A stretch of DNA of 64,000 bases, from the IMG/VR virus record IMGVR_UViG_3300011008_000999; one strand, written 5' to 3'. Positions 30,779-42,075 of this stretch are shown in pieces. Positions within the stretch are counted from its first letter, which is position 1; every line of letters begins with the position of its first letter. The stretch is from a virus (Duplodnaviria > Caudoviricetes). Position numbers and translations under genes: made by a program. The notes under the pieces were generated by a model. That model was not told the DNA's origin, did not search any database, and saw only the letters and a list, made by a program, of their open reading frames with translations.

Positions 30779-32212
30779 TTAAAATGCGATAATCTGATTG
30801 AGCTGCTCTGTAATTTCATCATTAGTATCAATAGTAATCCACTGCTGGTACCACTGAACCTGCTTAATTACTTTATCAATCTGTCCAAACTGTGCTACAA
30901 TAGGAACATACTTATTGATGTTCTGTTCAACAATCTTATTAATGTCATCATCGTCCTTATCAATACGAGTAAGAACTACTCCGATCTTTTCAAGAATGTT
31001 ATCACCAGGTCTAAAAGTATTATTCTGTCTTGTACCAGATAAAGTCTTAAACTGTTTAATAACAGACTTAACAGCATTAATTGAAGGGTTACATGTGATA
31101 ATGATCTTATCAGCAATCTTATAAAGATTACTAATAGGAAGCTTACCAATATAATCAATACCACTATCAAAGAAGACTACATCGTAATTCTTAATGAGTT
31201 TATCGAAAATATCAGTCCAGAACTCATTATCGTTCGTAATCGTAGGAATATCCTGCGAAGGTGCAAGATAAAAGTCAATATTAGGACTAAAGTGATCAGA
31301 CTTAACCTTACAGTTTTCAAGATAACTAAAGTCTTTACGCTCATTTCTATAAAGCTTGTAGTAATCCTGCATGGTAGGTGTAAGTTTGTTGATAGTAATA
31401 CCAACCTGACCATCAATAATATCAAAGTCTGCTAATGCAATTCTCTCAGTTGGATGAGTCTTAGCGTACCAATAAGCACTAATCAAACAAGTGAAAGTCT
31501 TACCAGTACCACCTTTAGAAGATCCAAATAAGATAACTTTTGCAGGAGCAGCTTTTCTACTTCTACTTCTATCACCTGCATCATAATCATCATACTGAAG
31601 CATATTACCTAAACTTGTCTGCATCTGCTGCTGTGTAAGCTGCTGCATCTGTGACTGAGTCATAGGCTTAGGCTGTGCCTGAGGCTGTACAGGAGGAGCT
31701 TGCTGTACCTGAGGCTGATAAACAGGCTGCTGATACATTTGCTGATCCTGGTATGGATTCTGATAAGGTTGCTGATATGGCTGCTGATACTGCTGAGGCT
31801 GAGGTGCAACTGGTTGCTGCATCTGAGGCATCGGCTGAATCTGCTGCGTTTGTGGTTGCACAGGTTCTGGCTGAACATAAGGTTCAGGTTCTGGCTCCTC
31901 ATTAAACTCAGGTTCTGGTTCAGGTACATAAGTAGAATATACTTTAATTTCCTGAGTAATAGTAAATGTAGGAGCTGGACGATCATCAAATCTGTAGTAG
32001 ATGATATTGACGCCAGCTTCAATATAGGCATCAAGTGCCTGATATATCTCTTCGGTTAAGTCGGCGACATCATACCAAATACCTTCATCAATTTCAAGAC
32101 CGTCATCGTCTGACGCACGAGAAAAGAACTCGTTAGGCGTCCACTGCTCAACCTGAAAACCCTGTGCAAGATCTTCAGGAAGGCGCTGATCGGTACTTAC
32201 TACAATGTACAT
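30779..32212 (-). CDS. ParA/MinD/CpaE(TadZ)-like ATPase with N-terminal domain and Q/P linker
   Basis: Deviant Walker A SKGGTGKT; ALADFD; YDVVFFDS; ADKIIIT. Confidence 0.8.
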   Translation of the reverse strand: MYIVVSTDQRLPEDLAQGFQVEQWTPNEFFSRASDDDGLEIDEGIWYDVADLTEEIYQALDAYIEAGVNIIYYRFDDRPAPTFTITQEIKVYSTYVPEPEPEFNEEPEPEPYVQPEPVQPQTQQIQPMPQMQQPVAPQPQQYQQPYQQPYQNPYQDQQMYQQPVYQPQVQQAPPVQPQAQPKPMTQSQMQQLTQQQMQTSLGNMLQYDDYDAGDRSRSRKAAPAKVILFGSSKGGTGKTFTCLISAYWYAKTHPTERIALADFDIIDGQVGITINKLTPTMQDYYKLYRNERKDFSYLENCKVKSDHFSPNIDFYLAPSQDIPTITNDNEFWTDIFDKLIKNYDVVFFDSGIDYIGKLPISNLYKIADKIIITCNPSINAVKSVIKQFKTLSGTRQNNTFRPGDNILEKIGVVLTRIDKDDDDINKIVEQNINKYVPIVAQFGQIDKVIKQVQWYQQWITIDTNDEITEQLNQIIAF

Positions 32213-32230
32213 ATAAGTTTCCTCCTAATT

Positions 32231-32275
32231 TGGCCACAGCAACAACACTGTGGCCATGTGTTATAATTAAATAGC
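32231..32275 (-). promoter_or_regulatory. Class-2 motif (32266-32275) followed by a leader hairpin
   Basis: gctatttaattata, then tggccacag...ctgtggcca just before the RBS. Confidence 0.65.
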
Positions 32276-32278
32276 TTT

Positions 32279-34987
32279 TTACAGACGATTTTTAGCTCTC
32301 TGTATGCTTGCTTTAGTATCTTGATACAAATGTCTAACGTCTTTCCAAGAAAATCCAAGGACAACGATACAACATAAGATATAAAGAACTAATTCTATGA
32401 AACCTTTATCTACAAATATATAGTATAAAGTTATCATTATATTAAGTTTCATTGCTGCAGTGAAATAATCTACAAAACTCTTCTTTATAGAATCAAAGAA
32501 TGGTGCAATACCCATATCTGGTTTAAAGATCTCTAATATAGAGAAATAAATCATCTTAAATGTAGTAATCATTAATAAGAAGAATGATGTAAGCTTCTTA
32601 ATAATTACTGGAAACATGAATAATAACAAACCTGCGTTGAATAAAGCTACATAACTCTGAAGATCAAAGTGAGTCTTTAACATATGAGCATGTAAGTAGT
32701 TATTATTTATTGAACCATTTGCATAATACTGAGGTGAAATATTCATCTGCGCATCAATGATTCTAAATAAATCTGCAGGTAAATCTGGGTTATTTGCAGT
32801 AGTTTTTGTTGTCCAGTGAGGGAATCTAATACCTAAATCTGTATTAACATCTTCTACTGCTTCTTCATCAAGTGTAGAATCTATATGATATATAGTACCA
32901 CATGAATAAGCATACGCTGCCCAGTTTCTAAGTTCTGTACCACCACCAACAGGAACAAATACATCACCAGTAGCTTCTACACTATTATAGAATGCTTTAC
33001 CAGTCATATCAGTTGTATCTATTTCCTCATTATCTTGTGGCATCATTTCATCTTCTGATTTACCAGAATAATGTGTGTAAAGATGTTCATATTCCATATT
33101 ATCGAACTGACCTCTACACCAAGGATTAAATACTGCTTTTCGCCACATAACTGCATGTACAGCTAAGTCTGGATCACTAACACATATAACTTCATCATCT
33201 GATAGCGACGCAGTTAAAGCCTCATTAAAGATCGTATCGATAATTGTAACCGCTTTAGAAATTACATTATTAAATACTGCAGGTCGAGCAATAGCTGCAA
33301 ACATCATACCTAAACAAATAAATCCTACTAAGAATCTATTTATAGCATCTCTAGCTGCACCTTGACCTTTAGCATATTTAATTGCTTTTCCAGCTAACGA
33401 GAATATGAAGAATATCATAGCAAGTCCTAAAATACCTAAAATAGGAATTTTCATGACTTTCCATACATCAGTACTTTCAAGATATTCAAGTAAATCAACA
33501 AAAACTTGTCGTATTTCAGGTCCCATTAAAATTGCTACAATAGAAACAAACCATTTTGCAATTTCAAACTTAAATGAACCTGATACATAGAAGAATCCAT
33601 CGAACCAACCAATATTTAAGTGTGATACACGCGGATCTTTATCTCCATTATGAACATCATCTTTAGTAAGAACTAAAGGTCTATTTGGATAAACATTACA
33701 TGATAGATAGTTATATGCATCATAGTCAATTGTATTAAAACTAATTAAGTCTTTAACTTTATTCTGATCAATTGCACTCCATACATGATCTATCAATGTA
33801 GGTGTATATGTAGCTTCACCCATATACCTATACCAATGTAGGTCTTCACCATATAGTTCAAATAAACTATATTTTGATGAGCTATCTCCAACACCTTTTA
33901 GATTATTTATATAGCCTGTCCAAACTTCTTCATTACGATCTCTAAGATCATCATTCAAAGTACGATTTACAATAAATCCACCATTTCTAGGATAATAAGC
34001 AACAGTAGAAGCAAAGCTATAAATAATACCTCTATCCTGAATACCTTCTCTTACTTGTATTAAACTAAGACCGGCCATTGATAAAACTTTCTTAGCGTAT
34101 TTCTCATTCCAATCAAGACCGCAGAATAATGGATATAAATCAGCTGCAATTACCTGTCTTGCCGCTACGAAATCAGGAAGTTCATTACCATTAATCATGG
34201 TATGGAAGAATGTTTCTACACATTCATCAAGAGATTTTCCTTCAGTTGCAGCAATCCAATCTTGAAGTGCTTCACCTTTATAACCACCATCAGAAGATGG
34301 AGCTATAATATAAGCAAACTGGTTTTCAAATTCAAACCATCTCATACCAGTTTCTTCACTCCAAGCAAAAAGCTTTTTAAGTGATCCACCAGTAAACTGA
34401 TATAATCCGCATCCAACCCAACCAACACCATGTTCATCATAGTATGTGCTGAGTGATAATGAAGTACCTACGACTGATGAATAACTATCACCAGAAAAGT
34501 CGCCATCATGACATTTCTCAATAGTGTCTTCTGAGATACCATAATGTCTCATTATCTCATCAGTAACATCTGTTCTAAAATCTGCATTTGTGTCCATCAT
34601 AGAACTATAAGCAGCAGTATATGCTTCATAGTTTTCCATTGAATCTTCTAATGGACATAGACCTAAAATATCAGGTCCTTCAACACAGTCTGATCTAAAT
34701 AATGATGTACATTCTGCCTGCATACATGCTATCGCAGCTACGGCTTGGTTATCATCCATTCCCATTCCTTTATAAATACACCAAGCTTTGTATTTATTCA
34801 TAGCAGCAACACTGCCTTCGAAATCATCAGGATTTTCTGGATCTTCCAATCCAGTATAACCGTCCGTAGCTGTATACGCGTTAGCACGTGTAATTGTAGG
34901 CAAAGAAGATACAGCAAAGGATGTTAGTGTAATGAGTACTAAACTCAGCGCAATGAGGGCACTGACTTTATTGATCTTTGTCTTCAT
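32279..34987 (-). CDS. Phage-tail-lysozyme-like domain fused to a VirB6-like polytopic membrane region
   Basis: GMDDNQAVAAIACMQAEC...GCGLYQFTG...FENQFAYI resembles Phage_lysozyme2; C-terminal two TM clusters with FNPWCRGQF. Confidence 0.6.
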   Translation of the reverse strand: MKTKINKVSALIALSLVLITLTSFAVSSLPTITRANAYTATDGYTGLEDPENPDDFEGSVAAMNKYKAWCIYKGMGMDDNQAVAAIACMQAECTSLFRSDCVEGPDILGLCPLEDSMENYEAYTAAYSSMMDTNADFRTDVTDEIMRHYGISEDTIEKCHDGDFSGDSYSSVVGTSLSLSTYYDEHGVGWVGCGLYQFTGGSLKKLFAWSEETGMRWFEFENQFAYIIAPSSDGGYKGEALQDWIAATEGKSLDECVETFFHTMINGNELPDFVAARQVIAADLYPLFCGLDWNEKYAKKVLSMAGLSLIQVREGIQDRGIIYSFASTVAYYPRNGGFIVNRTLNDDLRDRNEEVWTGYINNLKGVGDSSSKYSLFELYGEDLHWYRYMGEATYTPTLIDHVWSAIDQNKVKDLISFNTIDYDAYNYLSCNVYPNRPLVLTKDDVHNGDKDPRVSHLNIGWFDGFFYVSGSFKFEIAKWFVSIVAILMGPEIRQVFVDLLEYLESTDVWKVMKIPILGILGLAMIFFIFSLAGKAIKYAKGQGAARDAINRFLVGFICLGMMFAAIARPAVFNNVISKAVTIIDTIFNEALTASLSDDEVICVSDPDLAVHAVMWRKAVFNPWCRGQFDNMEYEHLYTHYSGKSEDEMMPQDNEEIDTTDMTGKAFYNSVEATGDVFVPVGGGTELRNWAAYAYSCGTIYHIDSTLDEEAVEDVNTDLGIRFPHWTTKTTANNPDLPADLFRIIDAQMNISPQYYANGSINNNYLHAHMLKTHFDLQSYVALFNAGLLLFMFPVIIKKLTSFFLLMITTFKMIYFSILEIFKPDMGIAPFFDSIKKSFVDYFTAAMKLNIMITLYYIFVDKGFIELVLYILCCIVVLGFSWKDVRHLYQDTKASIQRAKNRL

Positions 34988-35005
34988 TTACTGTATCTCC
35001 TTCCA

Positions 35006-38000
35006 TTAATCTTTAGATCCACCAATCTTTGGTGGACTCTTCTTCTTTTGGCCAGTACCAGTCTTAGTTTGACTAGCCTCAGTCTGTCCGTACATGTCAT
35101 TTACCTTTTTATGACGGTCTATTTTAGATGGTTGTGATTGTCTACCATCACCGTGATCTTTTACTTCACCCATGCCATTAGCAATCTTCTTGTCCATTGC
35201 TGCACTAGCTACTCCACGTTTATAGACATATTTCTTCTTATCTATATCTGCATTATAGTCAATCTTTGACTTTTCTTCATCAGTTATACCACAACGAAGT
35301 TTATCTGCAGCAGTCATTTGTGCATTAGCAGCAGCGCCAGCTTCACCTTGTTTCTTGATCTTATCACCAATTCTACCTTGGTCTTGTTCAAGAATGCTCA
35401 TCTGGCGAAGAGTGTCCATATCATGTTGTACGTTATACGCAGGTCCCTGAAGAGCTTTAGCTCTATTGTACCAGTTCATAACCTGAGTATCATACTTCTC
35501 ATCACGATATTCAGCTCTACGGTTACCATTCTCATCAAAGAGAACTTTACGCTGATCTTCAAGTGACATATCTGAGTAACCATCAACCATACCGTTCTGA
35601 ATATCCTGGTTCTTAGCTTCGTTTCTAATCTTATCCTGCTGAAGTCTCTGCTGAGCACGTGATAAGTTAGAAAGATAATAAAGAGGAACAAGTGTATTCG
35701 GGAACCATACTTGGCGTCCAAAATCATGCCACCATCTAATCATCATAAATGTAAGCCAGAATAAGAATATTTCAAGGAATATACCAATAAGTCCAGCAGC
35801 ATTCATACCCATAATCATGGCTATACCTGAATATAGACCAACCATAATCATACAAATTGTAGGTGCGAATGTTTCTAGAACTATTCTTCCCATAGGTTTT
35901 CCTTCTGCACCTCTACCAAGAATTACTCTAAAGATAAAGATATAAAATACAAACCATTGCCATAAGAATGTCATAAGTTTAATGAATGACAATAAGCAAC
36001 ATAAGATACAGTTCAAGAGTTTTACAATAAGATCTACAATTCCAGACTGGAACTCACCATTGTAATTCTCATTTTCCTTAATACTCATGCTAATCTCGTC
36101 ACCACTATCACTTAATGTTACTCTAGGAGCCATAAAGTGATCGACAACTCTATAGGCATTATTATTGATTGTAGGACCATTATAAGTCTTTCCACCAATA
36201 GTAATTGTATTAACTAGTGAATTTGAATATCCCCAATAGTGGAATGAATCCATTAAGAGAACAGACCAGTGTTTAACTTGGTTACCACCAATTGTAGGAA
36301 AATCACCATCTTCCAACTCACGATAATCACGAGTATCATCCATGAGCTGTTCATCAGCTAATATACCATAACCAGTATTATACTTAGACCAAGTATCAAG
36401 ATATGGCATATAATAAGTAACTTCATGATCTGTTGCATCACCGTATAAGTACGTTAACTCTGGAATACTATAGACTGACGCCATTTCACCTAGGTTAATT
36501 ATTTTATTTTCTACATTCTTAACCATATTCCAAACTTTATCTGGAGCGGCAAATGTAGCAGTAGTTAAACCTAACTCAAATACGAGTATAAAGAATGCAA
36601 CTATCAATCTAGCACCAGAATTAGTGCCCATTTTAATTACAGCAATAACGGTCTTAACAATAAAGAATAATGCTAATAAACACATCATTAAAGCTACATA
36701 TCCACTAGTCCACATTTTAGCAGGAGATAATCCATAATCATCTAATATATCAAAATTACATAGTTGCTGCATGAATACTGATAATTCAGTAAAGAATCCT
36801 GCAATACTAACTATGGTCTTTTGAGGTTTGAAATAAATTCCAATAGCTAATGGATTAAGATCAAAATTAGAAATTAACTTACCAATAACATGAGTCTTAT
36901 ATAATTCAACTCTAGGATCAGTTACTCCATAATTCTCTCTATCTCTTGATAAAAGTGTAGCAGTATCATAAGGCATTACTCTTAAATCATCAGAAATAAC
37001 AATCTGTGTAGGTTCATCATTTCCTTCATACTTAGCGGTAGCACACATGATTTTCATCATATTTGCTATAACTTCGTTAGAGTAAGGTCCACAATATGCC
37101 TGTAACTTAGATATAATTTCATGTGCATCTGCATCAGTTAATTTACTTGTACTTTCAGGATAATCTTCAGTAACTGTGTAAATTCTACTGTATGCATATA
37201 CTTGTACTATTGAAAGTGATGTCTTATCATCACCATATTTACGTGACCAACATTCATCATCTTTTTCACTTTCGCTAGTAATCATACATTGTCTATACAA
37301 CAATTCTTTCTTAGAAGTAGCATCTGTCTGATCGTCACCTCGTGCAAGCATTTCAATGAAATCAAGATACTTCTGTTTTAATTCTTCATTTGCTAAATAA
37401 GTTTCATAAATACCTTGTAATAATGCTGGAACGAAGTCTGATTCATCATATTCAAGTGAATCAAAACTACATACTTCCATAAAATTCTTCCAATCATCAT
37501 AAGACATAGTATTAGTTTTATCACTTTTAGCAAATAAGAAAATTATGTTATAATTAACATAAGATACTTCTGTTTGAGTATAAGTGTATTGAGACCAAGT
37601 TTCATATGACGTATCATCATCACCATCTTGATCAGATTCAGATGTAACAGCACTAGATGAACCATTAGTAAGAGAATAATTATCATAATAAGTTGGATCG
37701 TCTCTCCAAGGTTCTGTTTCAGTAAATACTACATCCTTTTCTTTATCTTCATAAGTAGGTGTAGACCAATCACCATAACTAGTTCCACCAGAACCTGTTA
37801 TAGTAGAAGTAGTTCCATCACTATTATGTGATGTATGTTGTGTTTCAACTGTTACAGTTCTAGTTCTAGTTTTAATCTGATATGAAATATGTGCTTTGAA
37901 ATTAGTACTTGTTTCAGTATATCTCAAAATATCAGCGGCTAAGCTGACTGAAGTATCAGTATCTATATTTTCGTCATAATGATCTGTATATACTCCATAC

Positions 38001-39112
38001 TTTTTAGGAGTATTAAGATAATTACCACTACCTCCATATCTTCTATGAGATCCAAGAGTAGCGTTAATCATAATATAAGCTTGATTAGGATTAGCAGTAA
38101 CCCAAGAATTAAATTGGCTCTTATATTTGTCAATACTTGCTAAGAAGTGCCAAGCATCGTATTTTCTATTACCAACTAACTGAGTTTGTGCTAAGCAGTT
38201 TTCAATACCTCCAGCTTCATAAGCATCCCAATATACATATCTTTGTACCGCTTCATTATATTCATCTTGGTGTGCAGTATTATAGTTACATGCAGCATTA
38301 TACGCATCTTCAGTAACTGCCATACTAATAACTTCTTCAGGTCCAGAGAAATATCTATCTGTTGAGCCACCAGTTGTAATTTCATCTAGAGGAATTTGTC
38401 TTTCAAAATAGTCTAAATAATAATCTTTGAAAAAATCAAGAATATAATCTTCTCTATTTTTGTATTCATGATTTAAGTAAGTAATTGTGTTAAAGTTATC
38501 TGCATCTGGTGCTTGTAAGAATGAAACACCAAACAAAGATTTAATTGCTCTCCAAGCTACTTCCCACCATTTCTTAGGCGAAGGCAAAATACCTGCAGTA
38601 GACATAACTTCTTTAGGATATTCACCCATATAAGTATAGCTTGGAATCTTAAATCCATACTTAGTAATTACATTTTCACTACTTGCTTCAGTACCTACTT
38701 TTACAACCCATTGTGTATCTTCTACTTTATAAGTTTCATCAGTATAACCATCACCTACTAGTGAGATCATTCTGTTCTTTACAATAGATTGTAGGTTTGG
38801 AGTGTTGAAATAACATTTGTAACGAGTAGTACCAGCTGTATCTTCGTATTTCTTAATGACTGTATAAGTCTTAAATTGAAACATCCAATCTACTATTTTA
38901 TCAACATCATAAATAGTAAAGTCAAATAAACTTTCTACGTCTTTTCCTTCGATAATATAGTAAGTTGCATCATCTCCACTATCGCTAACTACATAATCAT
39001 CTGCGAAGGCTGGACTGAAGGAAGATAAGATGGTTATCGCACAAATACAAACAGCTAAAAATTGTTTTAACCATTCCTTAAACATAATTCTATCTCCTTT
39101 CAGTGTAGTCAA
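35006..39112 (-). CDS. Large polytopic membrane protein, VirB6-like candidate
   Basis: Signal peptide, large extracellular domain, two TM clusters, charged tail; shares DPRV and overall layout with the neighbouring gene. Confidence 0.55.
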   Translation of the reverse strand: MTTLKGDRIMFKEWLKQFLAVCICAITILSSFSPAFADDYVVSDSGDDATYYIIEGKDVESLFDFTIYDVDKIVDWMFQFKTYTVIKKYEDTAGTTRYKCYFNTPNLQSIVKNRMISLVGDGYTDETYKVEDTQWVVKVGTEASSENVITKYGFKIPSYTYMGEYPKEVMSTAGILPSPKKWWEVAWRAIKSLFGVSFLQAPDADNFNTITYLNHEYKNREDYILDFFKDYYLDYFERQIPLDEITTGGSTDRYFSGPEEVISMAVTEDAYNAACNYNTAHQDEYNEAVQRYVYWDAYEAGGIENCLAQTQLVGNRKYDAWHFLASIDKYKSQFNSWVTANPNQAYIMINATLGSHRRYGGSGNYLNTPKKYGVYTDHYDENIDTDTSVSLAADILRYTETSTNFKAHISYQIKTRTRTVTVETQHTSHNSDGTTSTITGSGGTSYGDWSTPTYEDKEKDVVFTETEPWRDDPTYYDNYSLTNGSSSAVTSESDQDGDDDTSYETWSQYTYTQTEVSYVNYNIIFLFAKSDKTNTMSYDDWKNFMEVCSFDSLEYDESDFVPALLQGIYETYLANEELKQKYLDFIEMLARGDDQTDATSKKELLYRQCMITSESEKDDECWSRKYGDDKTSLSIVQVYAYSRIYTVTEDYPESTSKLTDADAHEIISKLQAYCGPYSNEVIANMMKIMCATAKYEGNDEPTQIVISDDLRVMPYDTATLLSRDRENYGVTDPRVELYKTHVIGKLISNFDLNPLAIGIYFKPQKTIVSIAGFFTELSVFMQQLCNFDILDDYGLSPAKMWTSGYVALMMCLLALFFIVKTVIAVIKMGTNSGARLIVAFFILVFELGLTTATFAAPDKVWNMVKNVENKIINLGEMASVYSIPELTYLYGDATDHEVTYYMPYLDTWSKYNTGYGILADEQLMDDTRDYRELEDGDFPTIGGNQVKHWSVLLMDSFHYWGYSNSLVNTITIGGKTYNGPTINNNAYRVVDHFMAPRVTLSDSGDEISMSIKENENYNGEFQSGIVDLIVKLLNCILCCLLSFIKLMTFLWQWFVFYIFIFRVILGRGAEGKPMGRIVLETFAPTICMIMVGLYSGIAMIMGMNAAGLIGIFLEIFLFWLTFMMIRWWHDFGRQVWFPNTLVPLYYLSNLSRAQQRLQQDKIRNEAKNQDIQNGMVDGYSDMSLEDQRKVLFDENGNRRAEYRDEKYDTQVMNWYNRAKALQGPAYNVQHDMDTLRQMSILEQDQGRIGDKIKKQGEAGAAANAQMTAADKLRCGITDEEKSKIDYNADIDKKKYVYKRGVASAAMDKKIANGMGEVKDHGDGRQSQPSKIDRHKKVNDMYGQTEASQTKTGTGQKKKSPPKIGGSKD

Positions 39113-39121
39113 ATGGAAGAG

Positions 39122-39571
39122 TTATGCTCTCGCTTTTGTTTTTCTCTTTTTAGCTGGTTCTTCTACTGGTGTGAATGCTTCAATACAATCACTTTCTTTA
39201 TAACCATTAGTAGAAATCCAATTGTGTGCCCAATTCTTAACTTTAGTGTCATGCACATCAAATCCTAAATGTGAAAATGTTTTTACTATGTTAGATTTTC
39301 TCTTATGCTCTCGATAATAAATCATCTTTACACCATAGCCTGCCCACATATTTATGCAGTATGAGAATAACGACATCATATCTTCTTTCTTAGTAACATA
39401 AATATAATGAATTATAGCTATAGTAAAACCATTTACTTCACGAAAACCAAAGGATATGAATGCATCACCTAAAGTAATCGTATACCCATCAAGAGGAACA
39501 TTTCTGTGGTAATTTGTACCATGTTCATCATTGATAAGTCTTTGCAATTTTACCTTATCATAATTGTTCAT
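39122..39571 (-). CDS. Hypothetical protein (weakly GNAT-like)
   Basis: IHYIYV...GVKMIYY...FSHLGF pattern; strong RBS. Confidence 0.6.
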   Translation of the reverse strand: MNNYDKVKLQRLINDEHGTNYHRNVPLDGYTITLGDAFISFGFREVNGFTIAIIHYIYVTKKEDMMSLFSYCINMWAGYGVKMIYYREHKRKSNIVKTFSHLGFDVHDTKVKNWAHNWISTNGYKESDCIEAFTPVEEPAKKRKTKARA

Positions 39572-39586
39572 GTTATAATTTTCCTC

Positions 39587-40006
39587 CTAAATTTCTATCA
39601 AGTTGTCCATATCAAGGACGGCCCAATTATTTTCGATAAAGGCTTGAAAGTCTTCATATATATTTGTAAATTCTAATAACGAAGCAAACTCAAAGATATT
39701 GATAGTTTTCAAGCTCTTTATCAATTCTTTCACTTCCGCTATTGATAGAATTTCTGTAAAAAAACGACGCTGATTGTTGTAAAAATCCTCAGCGTCAATG
39801 TAAAGAAATTCGTCCAAATCTTGATCGGACTCTGTATATAGAACAAAACATTCTTGGTGCTTGATGTCTGCCTTTAATCCAATTTTATATAGAACTTTTC
39901 TAATAATATTTCCATCATTATAAGTTACTCGTAATTCTTCTGTTAAAGGCTTTAGACGATCTAAGCAATAATAATTAAACTCTTGATGTTGCTTAGTCAA
40001 ACTCAT
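39587..40006 (-). CDS. Hypothetical protein
   Basis: ATGA overlap with sbcD. Confidence 0.65.
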   Translation of the reverse strand: MSLTKQHQEFNYYCLDRLKPLTEELRVTYNDGNIIRKVLYKIGLKADIKHQECFVLYTESDQDLDEFLYIDAEDFYNNQRRFFTEILSIAEVKELIKSLKTINIFEFASLLEFTNIYEDFQAFIENNWAVLDMDNLIEI

Positions 40007-41037
40007 ATATGTTCTATTGCCTCCTTTGCCTTAATAAATATACCATCGTACTCAGGATAATTTTCCTTGACCCAATCATAAATATTAAGTGCAATTGAGG
40101 CTTCAGCGACATTTTCGTCCGACTCAACTTCGTGCTTAACAATATCTATAACAAGATTTACTGCTGTATTCTTTGCAGCAATAAACAGATCATTATCAAT
40201 GGCATTTACATCACCATCAAAAGTGATCTTATAAATATCTTCAATCACATTCTTGAGTTTTTCATTTATGTCTTTATCTGTACAATTAAGCTTTATAATA
40301 TGAGGTGTCTTAACCTTAATCTTATGCCACTTCATTGTATCTGTATCAAGTATAATTGGACCTGTTCTGTCTTCATATGCTTGGTAATCGATCATTGCAC
40401 CAGGGGAAAGTACTAAAGTATTATCCTGATAATAATCATAAGGAGTATGAATATGCCCAATGATTACTAAATCGAATAGTTTTACTAAGCCATCAGACAA
40501 CATGATAGGATCACTAATAAGACTATCTTTATAGTACTTCTCAGTAACACCATGAGTTACTAGAATTTTTTTAGAACATGTAGAATCTAAAGCAGCTTTT
40601 CTACAACTATTTAGATAATTAGCAATAACTTCTGCTTTACCATAAATGTAAGGCATCATGATAAAGCAGATATCGTTAATTTCTACTACTTTTAATTCAT
40701 AATCAGCAAAATATGTATGTGTAGCCATAGATACAGCACTACATTTATTAGCCATGTTAGCGAAACTAAAATCATGATTTCCTAAAATAGTCATAGTAGG
40801 AATATCTCGAAGTTCATTCATAGCCTCAAAATAATTTGTCATCGCTAATACAGATGGATTAGGTGTTTCAAATATATCACCAGCATGAATGATTAGATCA
40901 GGTTTTTCCTCTTTAATAATTCTAACATTTTCTTTAAGAGCTCTATATCCCTGCCATTCAAATGCATTATAGTTATTTTCATCTGTACGATACTGGCGCT
41001 TGCCAATATGAGTATCACTCCAAATGGCTAATTTCAT
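40003..41037 (-). CDS. sbcD: Mre11/SbcD-like metallophosphoesterase nuclease
   Basis: SDTHIG, AGDIFE, GNHD, VTHG and GHIH motifs. Confidence 0.9.
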   Translation of the reverse strand: MKLAIWSDTHIGKRQYRTDENNYNAFEWQGYRALKENVRIIKEEKPDLIIHAGDIFETPNPSVLAMTNYFEAMNELRDIPTMTILGNHDFSFANMANKCSAVSMATHTYFADYELKVVEINDICFIMMPYIYGKAEVIANYLNSCRKAALDSTCSKKILVTHGVTEKYYKDSLISDPIMLSDGLVKLFDLVIIGHIHTPYDYYQDNTLVLSPGAMIDYQAYEDRTGPIILDTDTMKWHKIKVKTPHIIKLNCTDKDINEKLKNVIEDIYKITFDGDVNAIDNDLFIAAKNTAVNLVIDIVKHEVESDENVAEASIALNIYDWVKENYPEYDGIFIKAKEAIEHI

Positions 41038-41056
41038 TTTGCTAATTTCCTTTCAA

Positions 41057-41848
41057 TTAAAATTCTAACTTCAAGTCTAATGACTTTTTCAATTCAATAT
41101 TATTATTAAATAGCTCCTCGATTAACTCAGGCATTATAATTTGTTCAGGTTCATAAGCAGAACCAACACAAGCAGCTTCATCCATGCACATAGCCTGTTT
41201 GGACATCATTCCCATTCTTTCATATTTAGGTACAGCAGTTGCAGCAGGATCAAGAACCTCAAGAAGATGTACTTTAGGTTGCTCAAGGAAGTCTAACTTA
41301 CTAGCAATAGTTTGGACCTCTTTTACACCTTGATTAATACACATTGCATAAAGTTCCTGCTCAGTAGACTTATTAAGTTCATCAGATACTGTATGCTGAT
41401 AAGTACACTTAAAGTCTTTTTCTGTACACATATTAAATATATTCATAAGATCATCTACAGTTGTTTCACCATAATTAAGTACCGCTACAAGATGAAGAAT
41501 TGCTTCATAATATAAGAACTTCTCTCTTGATCTATTATCGTACTCATTTCTCTTATCTTGATTCAATTTCTCATATTCGTTATGAGAAATCTCCTTTTTG
41601 GTTTTTTTATGAACATAATAATACTCTCTAGTTGTTCTTTTCTTAAGATCTACATCCATCTGATGATATGAATCAGGTCTATAAGATGTCTTACTTGTAA
41701 TATAGGTTTTTGCTGTATTTCGATCCTCATTAATCTTACTAATAGCTTCTTTTGCGGTTTGTGCTTTTGCATTAATAGTAATTGCTAAATCTACAATATC
41801 AGGTTTAACTTCTTTTGTAGCAACACTGTGATAAATCATTATACTCAT
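41057..41848 (-). CDS. SIMPL (DUF541)-like protein
   Basis: EVKPDIVDLAITINAKAQTAKEAISKINE N-terminal motif. Confidence 0.6.
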   Translation of the reverse strand: MSIMIYHSVATKEVKPDIVDLAITINAKAQTAKEAISKINEDRNTAKTYITSKTSYRPDSYHQMDVDLKKRTTREYYYVHKKTKKEISHNEYEKLNQDKRNEYDNRSREKFLYYEAILHLVAVLNYGETTVDDLMNIFNMCTEKDFKCTYQHTVSDELNKSTEQELYAMCINQGVKEVQTIASKLDFLEQPKVHLLEVLDPAATAVPKYERMGMMSKQAMCMDEAACVGSAYEPEQIIMPELIEELFNNNIELKKSLDLKLEF

Positions 41849-41863
41849 TTTTCAAATTCCTCC

Positions 41864-42040
41864 TTAATCTAGATCTAAATCTATATAGTCGGTACAATCA
41901 TCGTCTTCTTCATCAGGAACCGATCTACCAATAGGTTTAGCAGTAACTGCATCATAGATAAATAATCCAATAATTACTAATGTACCAAAAATAGTTAAGG
42001 TACCAACAAAAGTTGCAAATGATTTTAAGGCTTTAATCAT
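41864..42040 (-). CDS. Small membrane protein (58 aa)
   Basis: MIKALKSFATFVGTLTIFGTLVIIGLFIYD...acidic tail; AAGGAG RBS; absent from the ORF track. Confidence 0.65.
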   Translation of the reverse strand: MIKALKSFATFVGTLTIFGTLVIIGLFIYDAVTAKPIGRSVPDEEDDDCTDYIDLDLD

Positions 42041-42075
42041 TTATAATCTCCTTCTATAAGTTTATTTACCTCTTA

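Noticed and set aside
32231-32280. Pistol ribozyme (hairpin followed by UUAAAUAG)
   Set aside because: Pseudoknot and downstream stems are absent; better explained by the class-2 motif plus a leader hairpin
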